NCBI RefSeq assembly: GCF_009914755.1
Contig: NC_060929.1
Reading direction: 5' to 3' (one strand)
Source: the human T2T-CHM13v2.0 reference genome, Homo sapiens
Length of the DNA: 64,000 bases
The notes under the pieces were generated by a model. That model did no database searches. It saw only the letters and a list, made by a program, of their open reading frames with translations, and was not told the origin of the DNA. The position numbers and the translations under genes were made by a program. Shown in pieces: positions 1 through 12,629 of the stretch; the first letter of the stretch is position 1; every line of letters starts with the position of its first letter.

Positions 1-184
1 AGACACAAGGGCCCAGAATCATGTATTCAACTTTCTTCTAACTAAAAAAGAAGGGAATGGTATTGAGTGAAGAATAACTTCAAAAGAGTCATCAACTTCA
101 GATTGGAGTTGCAGGAATTCCAAGTCAGCGAAATCAAATCTAAATCCTTGAGTAGCAATAAGCATGGTGTGATGATAATGAAAA

Positions 185-390
185 TAATAATGACTAAACA
201 TATTGAGTGATTCCTGTGTGCCACATACTGTGGTAAGCTATTATATGCATTGAATCTTTTAATGATCCTAGCAACCTGTGAGGTAAGTACTTTTCTCATC
301 CTCCTGTTTTAGAGATACAGAAGTAGAGGTCCTGAAAGTTACTTTTCTCAAGGTTATAGACCTGGTAGACCCTACTTAAAACTTCCATGC
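185..390 (-). mobile_element. MIR SINE
   Basis: aataatgactaaacatattgagtg...tgtgccacatactgtggtaagc...caacctgtgaggtaagtac resembles the reverse-complement MIR consensus; ends approximate. Confidence 0.75.
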
Positions 391-564
391 TCTACTGCTG
401 TGGAAGTTAATAGAAGGTTCGTCTGTTGAAGGCAGGACTTTTTTCCTATCAGCATATGCCTTTTCTAGGAACACTCTACAGCTCATCCAAGACAATGGAG
501 TCCTGAGGAGAAAGGCAAAAGCAGCAACCTCTCCCCTTGCCTAATACCATTGTCACAGGAGTAT

Positions 565-833
565 GAGGAGGCAGTGGTGTGCAGTGGTTTAGTGCCTGTC
601 TTTCGAGTCAGTGGAAACTGGACTAGACCTGCTCTGTTGCTTATTAGCTAACTGATTTGGGACAGGTTGCTCAGATTTCTCTGTGCCTCAACTCCTTCAT
701 GTATAAGCTGCAGAAACCTACTATATACCTTAATGTGGCTCCTGCGAGGACTGAATGCTATAAGATGGTGATTCTAAATTGGTGGCACACTGCCTGGTCC
801 ATAGTAAGAACTCAACAAATGGTAGCTATTACT
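565..833 (+). mobile_element. MIR SINE, near full length
   Basis: tRNA-like head gcagtggtgtgcagtggtt, core ttctctgtgcctca, tail tgcctggtccatagtaagaactcaacaaatggtagctatt. Confidence 0.8.
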
Positions 834-1256
834 AGTTAGTTGGAAATAGAGTATTCTCCCACCAATTTCCATTTTATGGCCACTTTTAATTTACCACTAA
901 TTACCTTTTGATGGCGTTGGCATACAGCATTTAATTGACTGAAAAATTCCATTAATACTTCATAATGAAGTACACAAATTATATGGGGAAAATATTGTGG
1001 TGGTGTTCTAAAGGAAGGCCTACTTTTTCCTTCTTCAAATATCTAAAATTGTGAGGATGACTGTATCTCAATAACTTGGTAACTGTCAACAGTTTAATGT
1101 GAATGGGACCATTAGGCTCCTCATGAGTGAGCAATACAGTCATTTTGCAGTCTTACCTCTTTGTGTACTCCATCAAGGAAAGTGCTGTACTCTTAGTCAT
1201 GTCCCTCTCTCCACCACCGCCATTACCATGTCCATCAAATCCTATCCCTGGGGTAA

Positions 1257-1561
<305 letters not shown>

Positions 1562-2080
1562 ACTAAGGTAATTTTTGGATTTGTGTCTTTGCTCAGCCAC
1601 CAGCATTACTCTTAGGATGAGAGTGTTAGCACTCCTGGTAGGTACTCATGTCCCATCCTGTGAACCTTAGTCACATTGCTGGTTCAGCACACTTGGTGAA
1701 ATGGTGACAACTGTTGAGACTTCTTTGTGGACACTTTCCACCGTCTTTAATCCTCTTCATCAACATGCTGCCTCTACCAGTGTCCTGAATGATGTCCTCA
1801 ACTATATGTCACTAGCTGCCTTCTCTCTTCCCCTGGCCTGCCTTGAAAAAAAGGTTAAAAAAAAAAAAATTGTGCTCAGAGCCACTTACGGATTGTCAGT
1901 TCTTCTTTCTCAATGATCTTCAGTGACCCAAAGTCCCTGTGTCGAGGCCTTGAACCCATGCCATGGGCATTAACATTTCTTCTTACAAGGCTGAAGGGAA
2001 AGGGTCTACAATTAGCTTCCTGGCTATTCACGTAAAGGGGCTTTTTTCCACCCACTCTCTCTCACTCTTGCTGGTATGTA

Positions 2081-2115
2081 ACTCCACCATGACTCCACCA
2101 TGACTCCACCATGAC
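2081..2115. repeat. 11-bp tandem repeat (ACTCCACCATG) x3
   Basis: Three perfect copies starting at 2081, 2092 and 2103. Confidence 0.95.
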
Positions 2116-2129
2116 CTGTACTTCCTCAG

Positions 2130-2660
<531 letters not shown>

Positions 2661-2701
2661 AATGTTTCCATATTCCAGTTATTCATACACAACACCTTCA
2701 A

Positions 2702-2963
2702 AACTTTTTGCTATATGTACATACCCCTGTACTTTTTGCCAGTGTGCATACCCCTGTACTAAATGTACATACCCCATACTAAATGTAGGCACCCCTGTAT
2801 GTACATACCCCTGTACTTTTTGCCATGTGTGCATACCCCTGTACTAAATGTACATACCCCATACTAAATGTAGGCACCCCTGTATGTACATACCCCTGTA
2901 CTTTTTGCTATATGTGCATACCCCGTACTAAACTTTTTGCTATGTGTACATACCCCTGTACTA
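2702..2963. repeat. Minisatellite, core TGTACATACCCCTGTACT, with an 84-85-bp higher-order unit
   Basis: 11 ACCCC-containing monomers; 2717-2800 and 2801-2885 are nearly identical, third copy partial. Confidence 0.92.
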
Positions 2964-4827
2964 TTATTTACTTAATAAAGTCAAATCTTCCCTGGTGAGG
3001 CAAAATTGCTATCAGTGGAGAACCACGATGTGGTTCATGCATATGTGGGAGAACAATGCAGGTCTCCTTGCCTTAATATTTCCTCTCTGAGTACAAGCTT
3101 CAGGCCAATATGAGATGTAAAACCAGACTACACATATGGTTTATGGAGGCTGTCATGCTGTCATATAAGGAGACCAAATAGGTTTGCTAAGATTTATCCT
3201 TCTTTTAGTCATATTGGTTTCTATGAAGTCCCTAAATCAGGGGTCTGTCCTTTTTTTTTTAGAGGGTCTAAAGAGGAGCTACTTTGTCACTCATCACTCG
3301 CTTGAATATTCATCAGCAACAGAAGAGGAAGCTGATCTGGGGGGTGCCGGTGGTTGTCTGTAAGTCACACAAGGAGTAGATGGTTCACAGATCAGCAGAT
3401 GCCACTGCCACCTTTATCTTGTCTGTGTGTTCTTCAGTCGTTCCTACGATAAGGCTTTTGTAAGGAGCATAGTGCTCTTTCCCTTTCTATGGAAGTATAC
3501 TTGTATGTGGATAAGTATCCTTGTATGCTAACTACTGTAAGAGAAACACATAGTCAATCCTACAAATAAAAAATAATATTTTGCTCAGCTCACAGTTGGG
3601 AATGGGTTAGATGGTCCTCTGAGGCAGCTGGCTGTCCTTTAAGTGTTTACTCAGGGATCTCAGCATTGCTGCCTTTGACTATGTGGCTATGTCATCTTGG
3701 GCCAAGAGATCACAGAACATTATCTGGGACAGCAGTTACATAGTTCTGGTCAAAACTCTAAAGAAGGCATGTGAGTGATTAAAATTTGTCAAATTCAGTG
3801 TTAAGTGACAACCTGCATCTGGACTCCTAGATAGCCAGTGTTTGATGGAATCTCCCTAATGTTGGCTCTCTAGACCATTCGTTCTAGGGACCTGTCTGCG
3901 CAATTGGACTTCCTGCCATGTCTCATGGTGCCTCCCTGATGTCTCCTCACCTGCAACTCCAAATCCCAGCCACTCTCCGTCTGCATCCCTCAGCTACATA
4001 GTTCCCTTTCTGGTCCTCTGCATGATGAGGTAAGGCAAGTAGACTGGTTCAAACTTCTCCACTGGGATTACAAACTGTGATCCCAGACAATGAACCATGG
4101 CCTCCTAAAGTCATAAGCCCAGGCATTCCAACAAGACAGAATGTTGAAAAATGCCTTCTCATGTCAAACGTGATTAGGCGAATGAGAGAACATACTTTAA
4201 AAATAATAAGGTCTGAGAGAAATGTGTTTTTTTTAATTACTATATTCCTATTAGAAATGGTGTCATGGTAAAAATAAGGAGACTTTCTCCATCAGCAAAA
4301 CCCACTCCAGTCTTACTGCAGTGTGGTCACCCTTGACAAAGATGAAAAGGTGAGAAGAGTTTTGATTGTTTTCATCCTGAGGTGTATGGACAGGTGTTTG
4401 AATATACTTAGTGGGTTTACATAAAAACACTAAAAAAACTTAGAATATTTTGGTGAAGATAATGCAAAATAAAATGTTAAACTAAAAAGTCACATTTTCA
4501 GTCTTCTGTTAAGAAGTGTTTTTTCTCCATGAGGAGGATGACATAATTTTTCTTCATTGCTTGTATTCATCATACCTGAGAAATATTATTGGTTATGTTT
4601 TATATCTTGATGAGTTTAATCATGTACATTTGATGCTAGGCCAAAATGGGAAAGAGGCAAGATGTATCATCCAGCCGTCCCATTCCTGTACTTTTAGTTA
4701 TTCTTGTTGGTTCATGTTTCCCTCAGACACAATTATTCTTAGGCTGTATTGTAGGCTGGGGATACTATAGATCAAAGTTAATGGATTTGGTTCTTTTGTA
4801 TTTTTCCGGTTGTTTGGGCAGGGATGG

Positions 4828-5172
<345 letters not shown>

Positions 5173-5818
5173 TAAAGAGCAGGGTGCTAGCAACAGATGA
5201 TGGTTGCATTGAAGCCTGCTCCTCTCGTGCCTATTGATTTTGTTTTTACTGCTATTCAGGGAAAAAAAAAATCATCCAATGAAACTAATATACACTGAGG
5301 TTTTAGGGGACTAATATATTGCTTCCATTAGAAGAAAACTTTTTCATCTTTCCAAAAACAATAGTGATTTTGTGATGTTAAGCTATTTAGAAGAAAATGC
5401 AACTGAAAGCTTTAAATGCATATGTATGTACTTATAATCGAAACTAGGGTGCCTCAGAACACACTTGCCTGTGGAAGTTAATAATGGAGCAACAATAATC
5501 GTCATAAAACTGTGTTTCTTTGGACGCACTTGGCCTGTCAATTTTGTCCTCAGTGATTTTGGGGTTCATCAGGGAATCCTTCTTCTGCACATGTGTCCTT
5601 GTGACCAGCAGTCCTGCTGTTGCCCTGACTGCTCATGCTGCTCCTGAAGCCAGTGAAGCTCTCTGAGGCCTAATAGCCTTGTCATCTTCTGATGTTAGGA
5701 GACTCCTAATGTTGCACATGCTCTAGGTACAAGCCCCGAGCAAAAAATGTCCTCTTCTCCCTCTCATGGGTGCATATATTCTAAGCTTTGGAATCTTGCT
5801 CTTTAGTGAAACAGATGC

Positions 5819-6333
5819 TGCAGTGCGTTGAGTGGTGGCTTGCCGGAATGTTTGTTCATATCCTGACTCCTGAAACCTGTGAATGGGACCTTGTTCTTGA
5901 AAAGAGTCTTTGTCAATGTATTAATAATTAATGTAACTAATAATGAAGTAATTATTAATTACTCAGTGTAATTAAGGATCTCTAGATGAGATTATCCTGA
6001 ATTATTTAAGTGGATACTAAGTTCAATGACAGGTAGGTGTCCTTGTAAGAGACAGAAGAGGAAGAGACACAGACAAAAGACAAAAGAGGGGAAGGCCATG
6101 TGACAATAGAGACAGAAATTGGGGTTATGTGACCACAAGCCAAGAAAGGCCTGGAGGCATCAAAAGTTGGAAGTGTCCAGGAAGGATTCTTAGACCCTTT
6201 GGAGGAAGTGTGACCCTGCCGCCTCCTTGATTTCAGACCTTTAAATTCCAGAACTGAGAAAGAATTTTTTTTGTTGTTTTAAGACACTGAGTTTGTGGTG
6301 ATTTGTTACAGTAGCTAATTAGGCACATAATAC
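5819..6333 (+). mobile_element. MaLR solo LTR, MLT1C-like
   Basis: TG...CA termini; gagattatcctg, gtgtccttgtaagagacagaagagg, cacaagccaag, ccagaactgaga, tttgttacagtagc; AT-rich insert near 5920-5965. Confidence 0.85.
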
Positions 6334-6520
6334 AAGTATACTTTTCAGACTTCATTTCAACCACTTTTCTCTAAGACTCAATATGAATTCCTGAGGATTG
6401 GGTTTAGGACAATCTACATGACAGACTGTGATATACTCAAAATCAATCCTCAATCAGATATTGACTCAACCTTCAACCACACTATGTGCCTCAGCTTTCT
6501 CTTCCCTTGGGTTGAAATTT

Positions 6521-6524
<4 letters not shown>

Positions 6525-6597
<73 letters not shown>
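6525..6597. repeat. (AT)23 followed by T27 microsatellite
   Basis: Directly visible. Confidence 0.97.
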
Positions 6598-6691
6598 CTC
6601 CTCAGAGACTTCCCCAGAGCCTGTGATAGGCTGGATGTCACACATGAAGTGGGTTATCAGCAGCCATGTTCCTTGGCTTCTGGTCATAGTA

Positions 6692-6768
6692 TTAGGTTGA
6701 TGCAGAAGTTGTGGTTGCTGCCATTACTTTCAATGGCAGAAAACACAGTTTCTTTTGCACCAAACTAC
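6692..6768. mobile_element. MADE1 MITE (Hsmar1 mariner derivative)
   Basis: ttaggttgatgcagaagt...gccattactttcaatggc...cttttgcaccaaacta matches the palindromic 80-bp consensus; TA on both flanks. Confidence 0.92.
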
Positions 6769-7043
6769 TAAGTTCAGAGGTAGACACCTAACTCACACCT
6801 AGCCACCCAGTGGGGGTGGTGGTATTGAAACCTAGAGCAGTGGGTGGATGAAGCTATCACATGTAAATTTGGAAATGGGTATGGCCATGTTTCATGTAGT
6901 ATACTGGGGAAGAGGAAGTGTGTCTTTAGAGAGAAAAAAGGATACAGGTAAGAGAAAGCAGGTCCCCAGTGTGATCCCTTTCCTGGTTCTTTCTCAAGAG
7001 CATTTTGGCTCTTAGTTCCCCATCATGAATGTAACACATTTGC

Positions 7044-7045
<2 letters not shown>

Positions 7046-7076
<31 letters not shown>
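7046..7076. repeat. Poly(T)31
   Basis: Directly visible. Confidence 0.97.
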
Positions 7077-8079
7077 CTTAAATAAGGTAGAGTTGGTTGG
7101 TATTTGTCATGAAATAGTCCTTAGTGAAAGCAAATCCAATTTCTGGGCTCCCCAGTCCTTCCTAGAAGCACTGAGTCCCTGCCATCTAGCACTTTGTAGG
7201 TACAAGGCACTCTGATCCACATTATCTCATCCCAACTTTGTGTGGGAGGGTGACCTTTGAGACATGGGCAGAGGAGATTTGACCCATCCTTAACATTTAA
7301 AGGCACTGGGCTTAGAGAGGATGACAGGGGCTCTGGAATCCCAGTGCTTCCTGATCAGTTCTATTCTGTTTAAAACAAATTAACAACCAAAGCAAGACTA
7401 AACGGTCCCGGCAGGATGTGAATATGAAAGATTCTTCAGCATAGAAGGTTCAGAGCAGGAGGAATAATGGAACAAGTATATTCCATGACTACATTCAGGG
7501 CAGACAGTGGGAAGGAGGGGGTTGGAGGAAAACAGAATTGCCCAGTCTGAGAACTATTAAGAGCTCCCAGCCCTGGGAAGGATGGATGACAAGGGAGCAC
7601 CAAAGAGGTAATTGGGCCCCTGATGTGAGGAACAGTCATAAATAAGCCGACAAAGTCACAATAAGCCTAAAGCATCCAGCAAGGATTAAGCCCCATTAGC
7701 TAACCTGTTAACATAGAGGTATTTGGCTGTTAGAAGACAGTTTTACTTTAACCCATGCATTGTCTGTACCAGAAAACTGTAAATAGAAAGCGGGCTTTGT
7801 AGGTCTATATGTTTTAGATTTCAACATTTTCTAAAGAGTTTGGGAGCATAAATAGTGAATATCAGAGAGGACTCTTGTGATTCCTGTCATCCTCCTCATT
7901 TTCAAACGTCATTCAAATTTTCTGTTTTTTTTTTTTAATAATAATTATCAGTCACTACTCTCTCTGCTGCAGCCTATTTTTCTCTCTAAGCTTTTGATTT
8001 TTATCTGCTTTTTCCCAGCAGCAACAGTTTTCAGGTGTGAGGCCAACTATAGTTGAAAATCCACCCAATGGTTCAGTTA

Positions 8080-8270
8080 TCATTTAACTGATATTTTATT
8101 GAGCACCAACTAGGTGCCAAGCATTGTTCTAGAAGCTCAGGACACATAGTGAACAAACATTTCTGCCTTTTTGGAGCTTACATTATAAAGCAGATGAAAA
8201 GGAAAAAATGTTATGGGAGAAAATAGAACAAGAGAAGGGCTGAGGAGCATGGGTTGCAAGTTTCAAAAGA
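8080..8270 (-). mobile_element. L2 LINE 3' fragment
   Basis: ttttattgagcaccaactaggtgccaagcattgttctag...gtgaacaaa...ggagcttacatt. Confidence 0.8.
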
Positions 8271-8937
8271 CTGGTAGTGGTGGTTATTATTTTCGGTCCA
8301 TCTCCTAGCTGCTGAAGTTTTCTATTTGGCTCATCCTCAATCCTAAATGCTTCAGGACAGGCACTATGTCCCTTATTTTAGGATTCCTGCTTCAGTTAGT
8401 TCATTAGAGTTGAGATAATCCATGCTAAGAGCCCAGGATTAGAAATTTAGCCCATTAAAAAATACTAAGCCATGAGGATAAAAAATATTATGTGTGTGTT
8501 ACCTACTTACATCTTTATACTTATTCCAATGCCTTGTTGAATAAAAGGACAGCCTTCTTTCTTCTTTTTCATATCAGGATTGACATTAATCATGGCATCT
8601 ACTTGTCCTCCATTCACTTTATTATGAAAATCATTGGGATGGAGGAGGAAAAGTCAGTCTTCCATAATCAGCCTGGCTGTTTCTGACATTTTTAGGAGAA
8701 ACAAAAGGAATGTAATTACTATTATTATCTATTTTTTCAGAAATGCAAGATAATTTTTAATTTATCCTCTATGACACCCTTCTTGTTTTCTCTGCCTTCT
8801 GAAGAGTTGACATCAGTGGGGAACTACATTTGAAGTCCAGCAAATCAATCTTTTATTGAGATTTCAGGATCCAAACTTGCATAAACTGCTTCATTCAGAC
8901 AGCTTTTCTGCCTTTGCTGAGTTCTAATCTTGCCCTG

Positions 8938-9079
8938 CAGGATCAGCTATGTAATTTTTGGGGCCCAGTGCAAAATGAAATATGAGGCCCTTGTTCAAAA
9001 TTAAGAATTTTGAGATGGCAGCAGCAGAGCATTAAACCAAACATGGGGGCCTGCTGAATGCACCATGAAGCTGACGCTG
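8938..9079 (-). mobile_element. MER45A hAT-Tip100 MITE
   Basis: caggatcagctatgtaattt...gggcccagtgcaaaatgaaa...cagcagagcattaaaccaa...catgaagctgacgctg. Confidence 0.85.
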
Positions 9080-9921
9080 CCTCCTATTCCTGTTTTTGAA
9101 TCAGGTGTTTATTTGCTTTAAAATCCGCAGTAAAAATCCAATCCAATGAAAATATATGGTGATACTTTTCAGCCTTAATTTTATGAGAGAAACATTTTAG
9201 TTATATATAAACTGAGAAAGAAAACTAGCAAAGGATTTACTGGATGTATAAAATTGAGAAAGCACAAGCTCTTTTTGTTTAATATAAATATGTAATTAAA
9301 AGAAAAATTATTAAAAATAATTCATCTTAGAAATAATCTTGAGAGTATAACTTGAACACTTTCTTATTAAATACAATAATAGCTAAATTATAATCTGCTT
9401 AACCAAGCTTCCCTGGTCTGCATATCATGTTCACATTCCAGGAAACATTTTGAAATAGGGAAATAGAATAAACCAGATTTTCAGGGCTAGTATTTGGAGA
9501 CAAGGGAGGTGAGGAAAATACTTTTCATTTTGGAAGACTGCCATGGGAATCATCTATTTAAGATAAGTTTTCTGGCTCACAATTGCAGTGATCTTGCTCA
9601 TCATCATCATTATTATATGATTTATATTTAGGAATATGTCATACATATTACATGATATATTTAATTGTATACTATACATCATGTAATAATGACAGGATAT
9701 CACTATCACCATTTATATTTAGGGATATATCACTATTACATGATGTGTAATATGTCCATTGAAGCAAATACTCACCTTTGGCACTATCTGAGCAAAACTG
9801 CCAAAGGGAACCAAATTCGTATTGAGCAGTTCTGATTTGAGAGAAAGGTACAGGGACACATACTACTACATGCACCTAGGTGCACATGCACTATCATACT
9901 TACACACATCATATTTTAGAG

Positions 9922-10140
9922 CAGGGGTTGGCAAATATGGCCATCAGGTCAAATCTCGCCTGCAGGCTGTTTTTATAAATAATGTTTTACTGGAACATCA
10001 CCACACCCATTTGTTTACTTGTGTCTATGGGGTCTTTGCACTGCAAAGGCAGAGTTGTGTAGTTGCTGTGAATTCCACACAACCTTCTAGGATAATAAAT
10101 ATCTTAGAATATTTATAGAAGAAAGTTTCCTGATCCCTTG
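9922..10140 (+). mobile_element. MER58A hAT-Charlie MITE
   Basis: caggggttggcaaatatggcc...gttttactggaaca...ggcagagttgtgtagttgc; terminal inverted repeat aaagtttcctgatccc. Confidence 0.88.
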
Positions 10141-11957
10141 TTTACCATCATTTAACTGTTGAAATATTTTTCTAGTAAATGATTACACCTATAAAATAAA
10201 TAATAAAAGATACATTGTTTATCTACATATATTAATTCCTATTTATACATATATATCTCAAGGCAATGATTTTGACAGTTTAATTGGCATAAAACAATAT
10301 CGAGACAAGTTATTTTTCTCTAATTGTAACAGACAGGACTATATTGCTCTGTATTCCTGGCATGATTTATTTGGTTCTCCGTTTGTCTTCTTTAATATGC
10401 AGGGCCACCAGCAGGTTAAACAGTTGTATATTTTCCATTTAAAATTTCCATAATCTTTTTTGTGTGTGTGTGAAAACCTAAAAATTGTGGTAACTTACCT
10501 GGAGACCTTGTGGAAACCATTTTGCTTTGATTTTTCCAATCACTCACAGTAAATCAGCTACTGAATATATTTCCCCGTTAGGAGTTTTTGTTTTTTTTTT
10601 TCACAGTTTCAAAATTATGTGATTTACTTACCAGTAACAGAGAATGAACTTAAAAGAGTAGTTTAAAAAATGAACAAAAATGCCAAGAATGTAACATAGA
10701 ATTTAATTTTTCAACAGGTATTATTTACTTACTAACATAAAACCAGTCACTTTACTTTCATAGATCAAGTTTAAACCATACACACAGCAAGAGAGGTGAG
10801 CATATTTTCTCAAGCAAAAAGTAAAGGCGGATGATTATGGAGACAGTGTGTGTAGACTCACAAGGTCTCTGGGAGAGAATTATTTGAATTGGTGACTTTA
10901 AGGAAACCTTGGGTGTGGTATTTATATATTCTTCCAGGTAAATTTATATCACCCCTCCTTGCCTTTTAGAAAGATTATTTTTATTGAGCACAGAATAGTT
11001 ATCAAAGAATATTTATTACATAAATATAAAGTATCAAGCATGATAATATTCACTATTTAATTTAGGGAAAAGAACATTGCCATTGGCTTTGACATTTCCT
11101 ATGTGCCCTTCCCCATCCCAGCCTGGTCTCCCCTCTCTCTCAGAAGCAACCAATATTCTAAATGTTATTTCTCAGCCCTTTCTGCCCTTTTAATTTATTT
11201 ATTGTTTTATGTTTCTAGGAAATTTTATCACATCTATAGATTCATGCAACCGTAGCTATAATCAGAATCCAGTACTTTTCCATCATTGCAGATAAATTCC
11301 TTTACGGTACTCCTAAAGAGCTGTACTCTGCCCCAACCCTAAACCCTGGCAACCACAGATTGGTTCTTCATCACTATAATTCTGTCATTTTGAGAGTGGA
11401 TTGGCTTTTTTACACTCAGCATAATGTCACTGGGGTTCACCAAAGCTGTTAGTATATGAATAGTGTGCTTTATTTCTGAGTGGTATTCCATTGTGCTATA
11501 GTATTATAAAAAGTACTATAGTTTATTTATCCATTCACCCTTGAAGGACATTTGGGCTTTTTTTTTTCTCCTAGTTTTTGTCTATTATAGGTAAAGCTGC
11601 TATCAAAATTCACATAAAACTTTTTTGTGTGGAAATATAAGTTTTCATTTATTTAGGATAAATACCTAAGAGAGCAATTTCTGGGTCATATGGTAAGTAT
11701 ATATTTAATTTTATAAGAAGATACTGAACTGCTTTCCAGAGACACTACATTTCACATTCCCATCAACAATATGCTAGAGGTATGATTGCTCTACATCCTT
11801 GACAGCACTTGTTATTATCAGTATTTTTTATTTTAGCCATTCTGATAGGTATCTCTAACAGGTAATATAGGGGTATCTCATTGTAACTTTAGTTTGCCTA
11901 TCCCTAGTGGCTAATGATGATGAATATCTTTTCCTGTGTTTATTTGCTATCTGTTTA

Positions 11958-12572
11958 CAGTTGTTCCCCTGTATCTACAGTTTCACTTTTTGCAGTTGAC
12001 TGCAGTTTGAAAATAGTAAGATATTGTGAGAGAGAGAAAGAGACCAAATTCATATAAGCTTTTATTGCTCTATTATTATAATTGTCCTATCTCATTATTA
12101 ATTTTGTTAATTTCTTTCTATGTCCAATTTATAAATTAAACTTTATCATAGATACGTAAATATAGGAAAAAATCATAGAATGCAATCAGCCCTCTATATC
12201 CACAGGTTCTGTGTCTGTGGATTCAACCAACCATGGCTTGAAAATGTAGTTAGGTCTACAATGGTTGCCTCTGTAATAAATATATACAGACGTTTTTCTT
12301 GTCATTTTTTTCATAATCTATACCAAGCAACAACTATTACCATAGCATTTATTATATATTAGGTATTATAAGTAGCCTAGAGATAATTTAAAGTATATGA
12401 GAGAAAGTGCATAGGTTATATGCAAATACTGTGCTATTTTATATAAATGACTTGAACATTTGCAGATTTTACTAGCCACAGGGTGCCTAGAGCAAATCTC
12501 CCATGGACACTGAGGGACGGTTTGTATGGGGACTCTTGGAAGTTATCCTGTGCTGATAATGAGGGACTACAG
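11958..12572 (+). mobile_element. MER44A-like TcMar-Tigger MITE, split by MER2
   Basis: TA|cagttgttcccc...ataaattaaactttatcatag...gataatgagggactacag|TA. Confidence 0.8.
12183..12524 (+). mobile_element. MER2-family TcMar-Tigger MITE
   Basis: gtggattcaaccaacc...aggtattataagta...cataggttatatgcaaatact...ggacactgagggacg. Confidence 0.88.
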
Positions 12573-12629
12573 TATACTCATTGGCGAAGTGTTCATTCAA
12601 ATCTTTGGGTTGTTTTCTAATGGGATTTT

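Larger units (their letters stand above)
6600..7130 (+). mobile_element. Old ERVL/MaLR-type LTR remnant (LTR16/LTR33/MLT1K-like) hosting the MADE1
   Basis: ctggtcatagt/aagttcagagggtagacacctaactc and 3' end ttcttaaaataaggtagagttgg...agtccttagtgaaa resemble these LTRs; very diverged. Confidence 0.4.
10975..12628 (-). mobile_element. Old L1M (L1MC/L1ME-type) 3' fragments, interrupted by Tigger MITEs
   Basis: ccctggcaaccac, ttatccattcaccc-ttgaaggacatttggg, ggataaatacctaagag, ttttagccattctgatagg; resumes at 12575. Confidence 0.85.

Noticed and set aside
2702-2963. CRISPR-like repeat-spacer array
   Set aside because: The intervening sequences are short and themselves repeated, there are no unique spacers or cas genes, and the context is primate DNA
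6418-6771. ORFs with YIYI and poly-F/poly-K runs
   Set aside because: Translations of the (AT)n-T microsatellite
7690-7860. Possible CR1 reverse-transcriptase remnant (ttagatttc, LDF-like)
   Set aside because: Too short and diverged to support without an HMM search
10494-10635. Two minus-strand consensus splice donors (CAG|GTAAGT and TG|GTAAGT)
   Set aside because: No convincing upstream acceptor or reading frame; isolated donors are expected by chance
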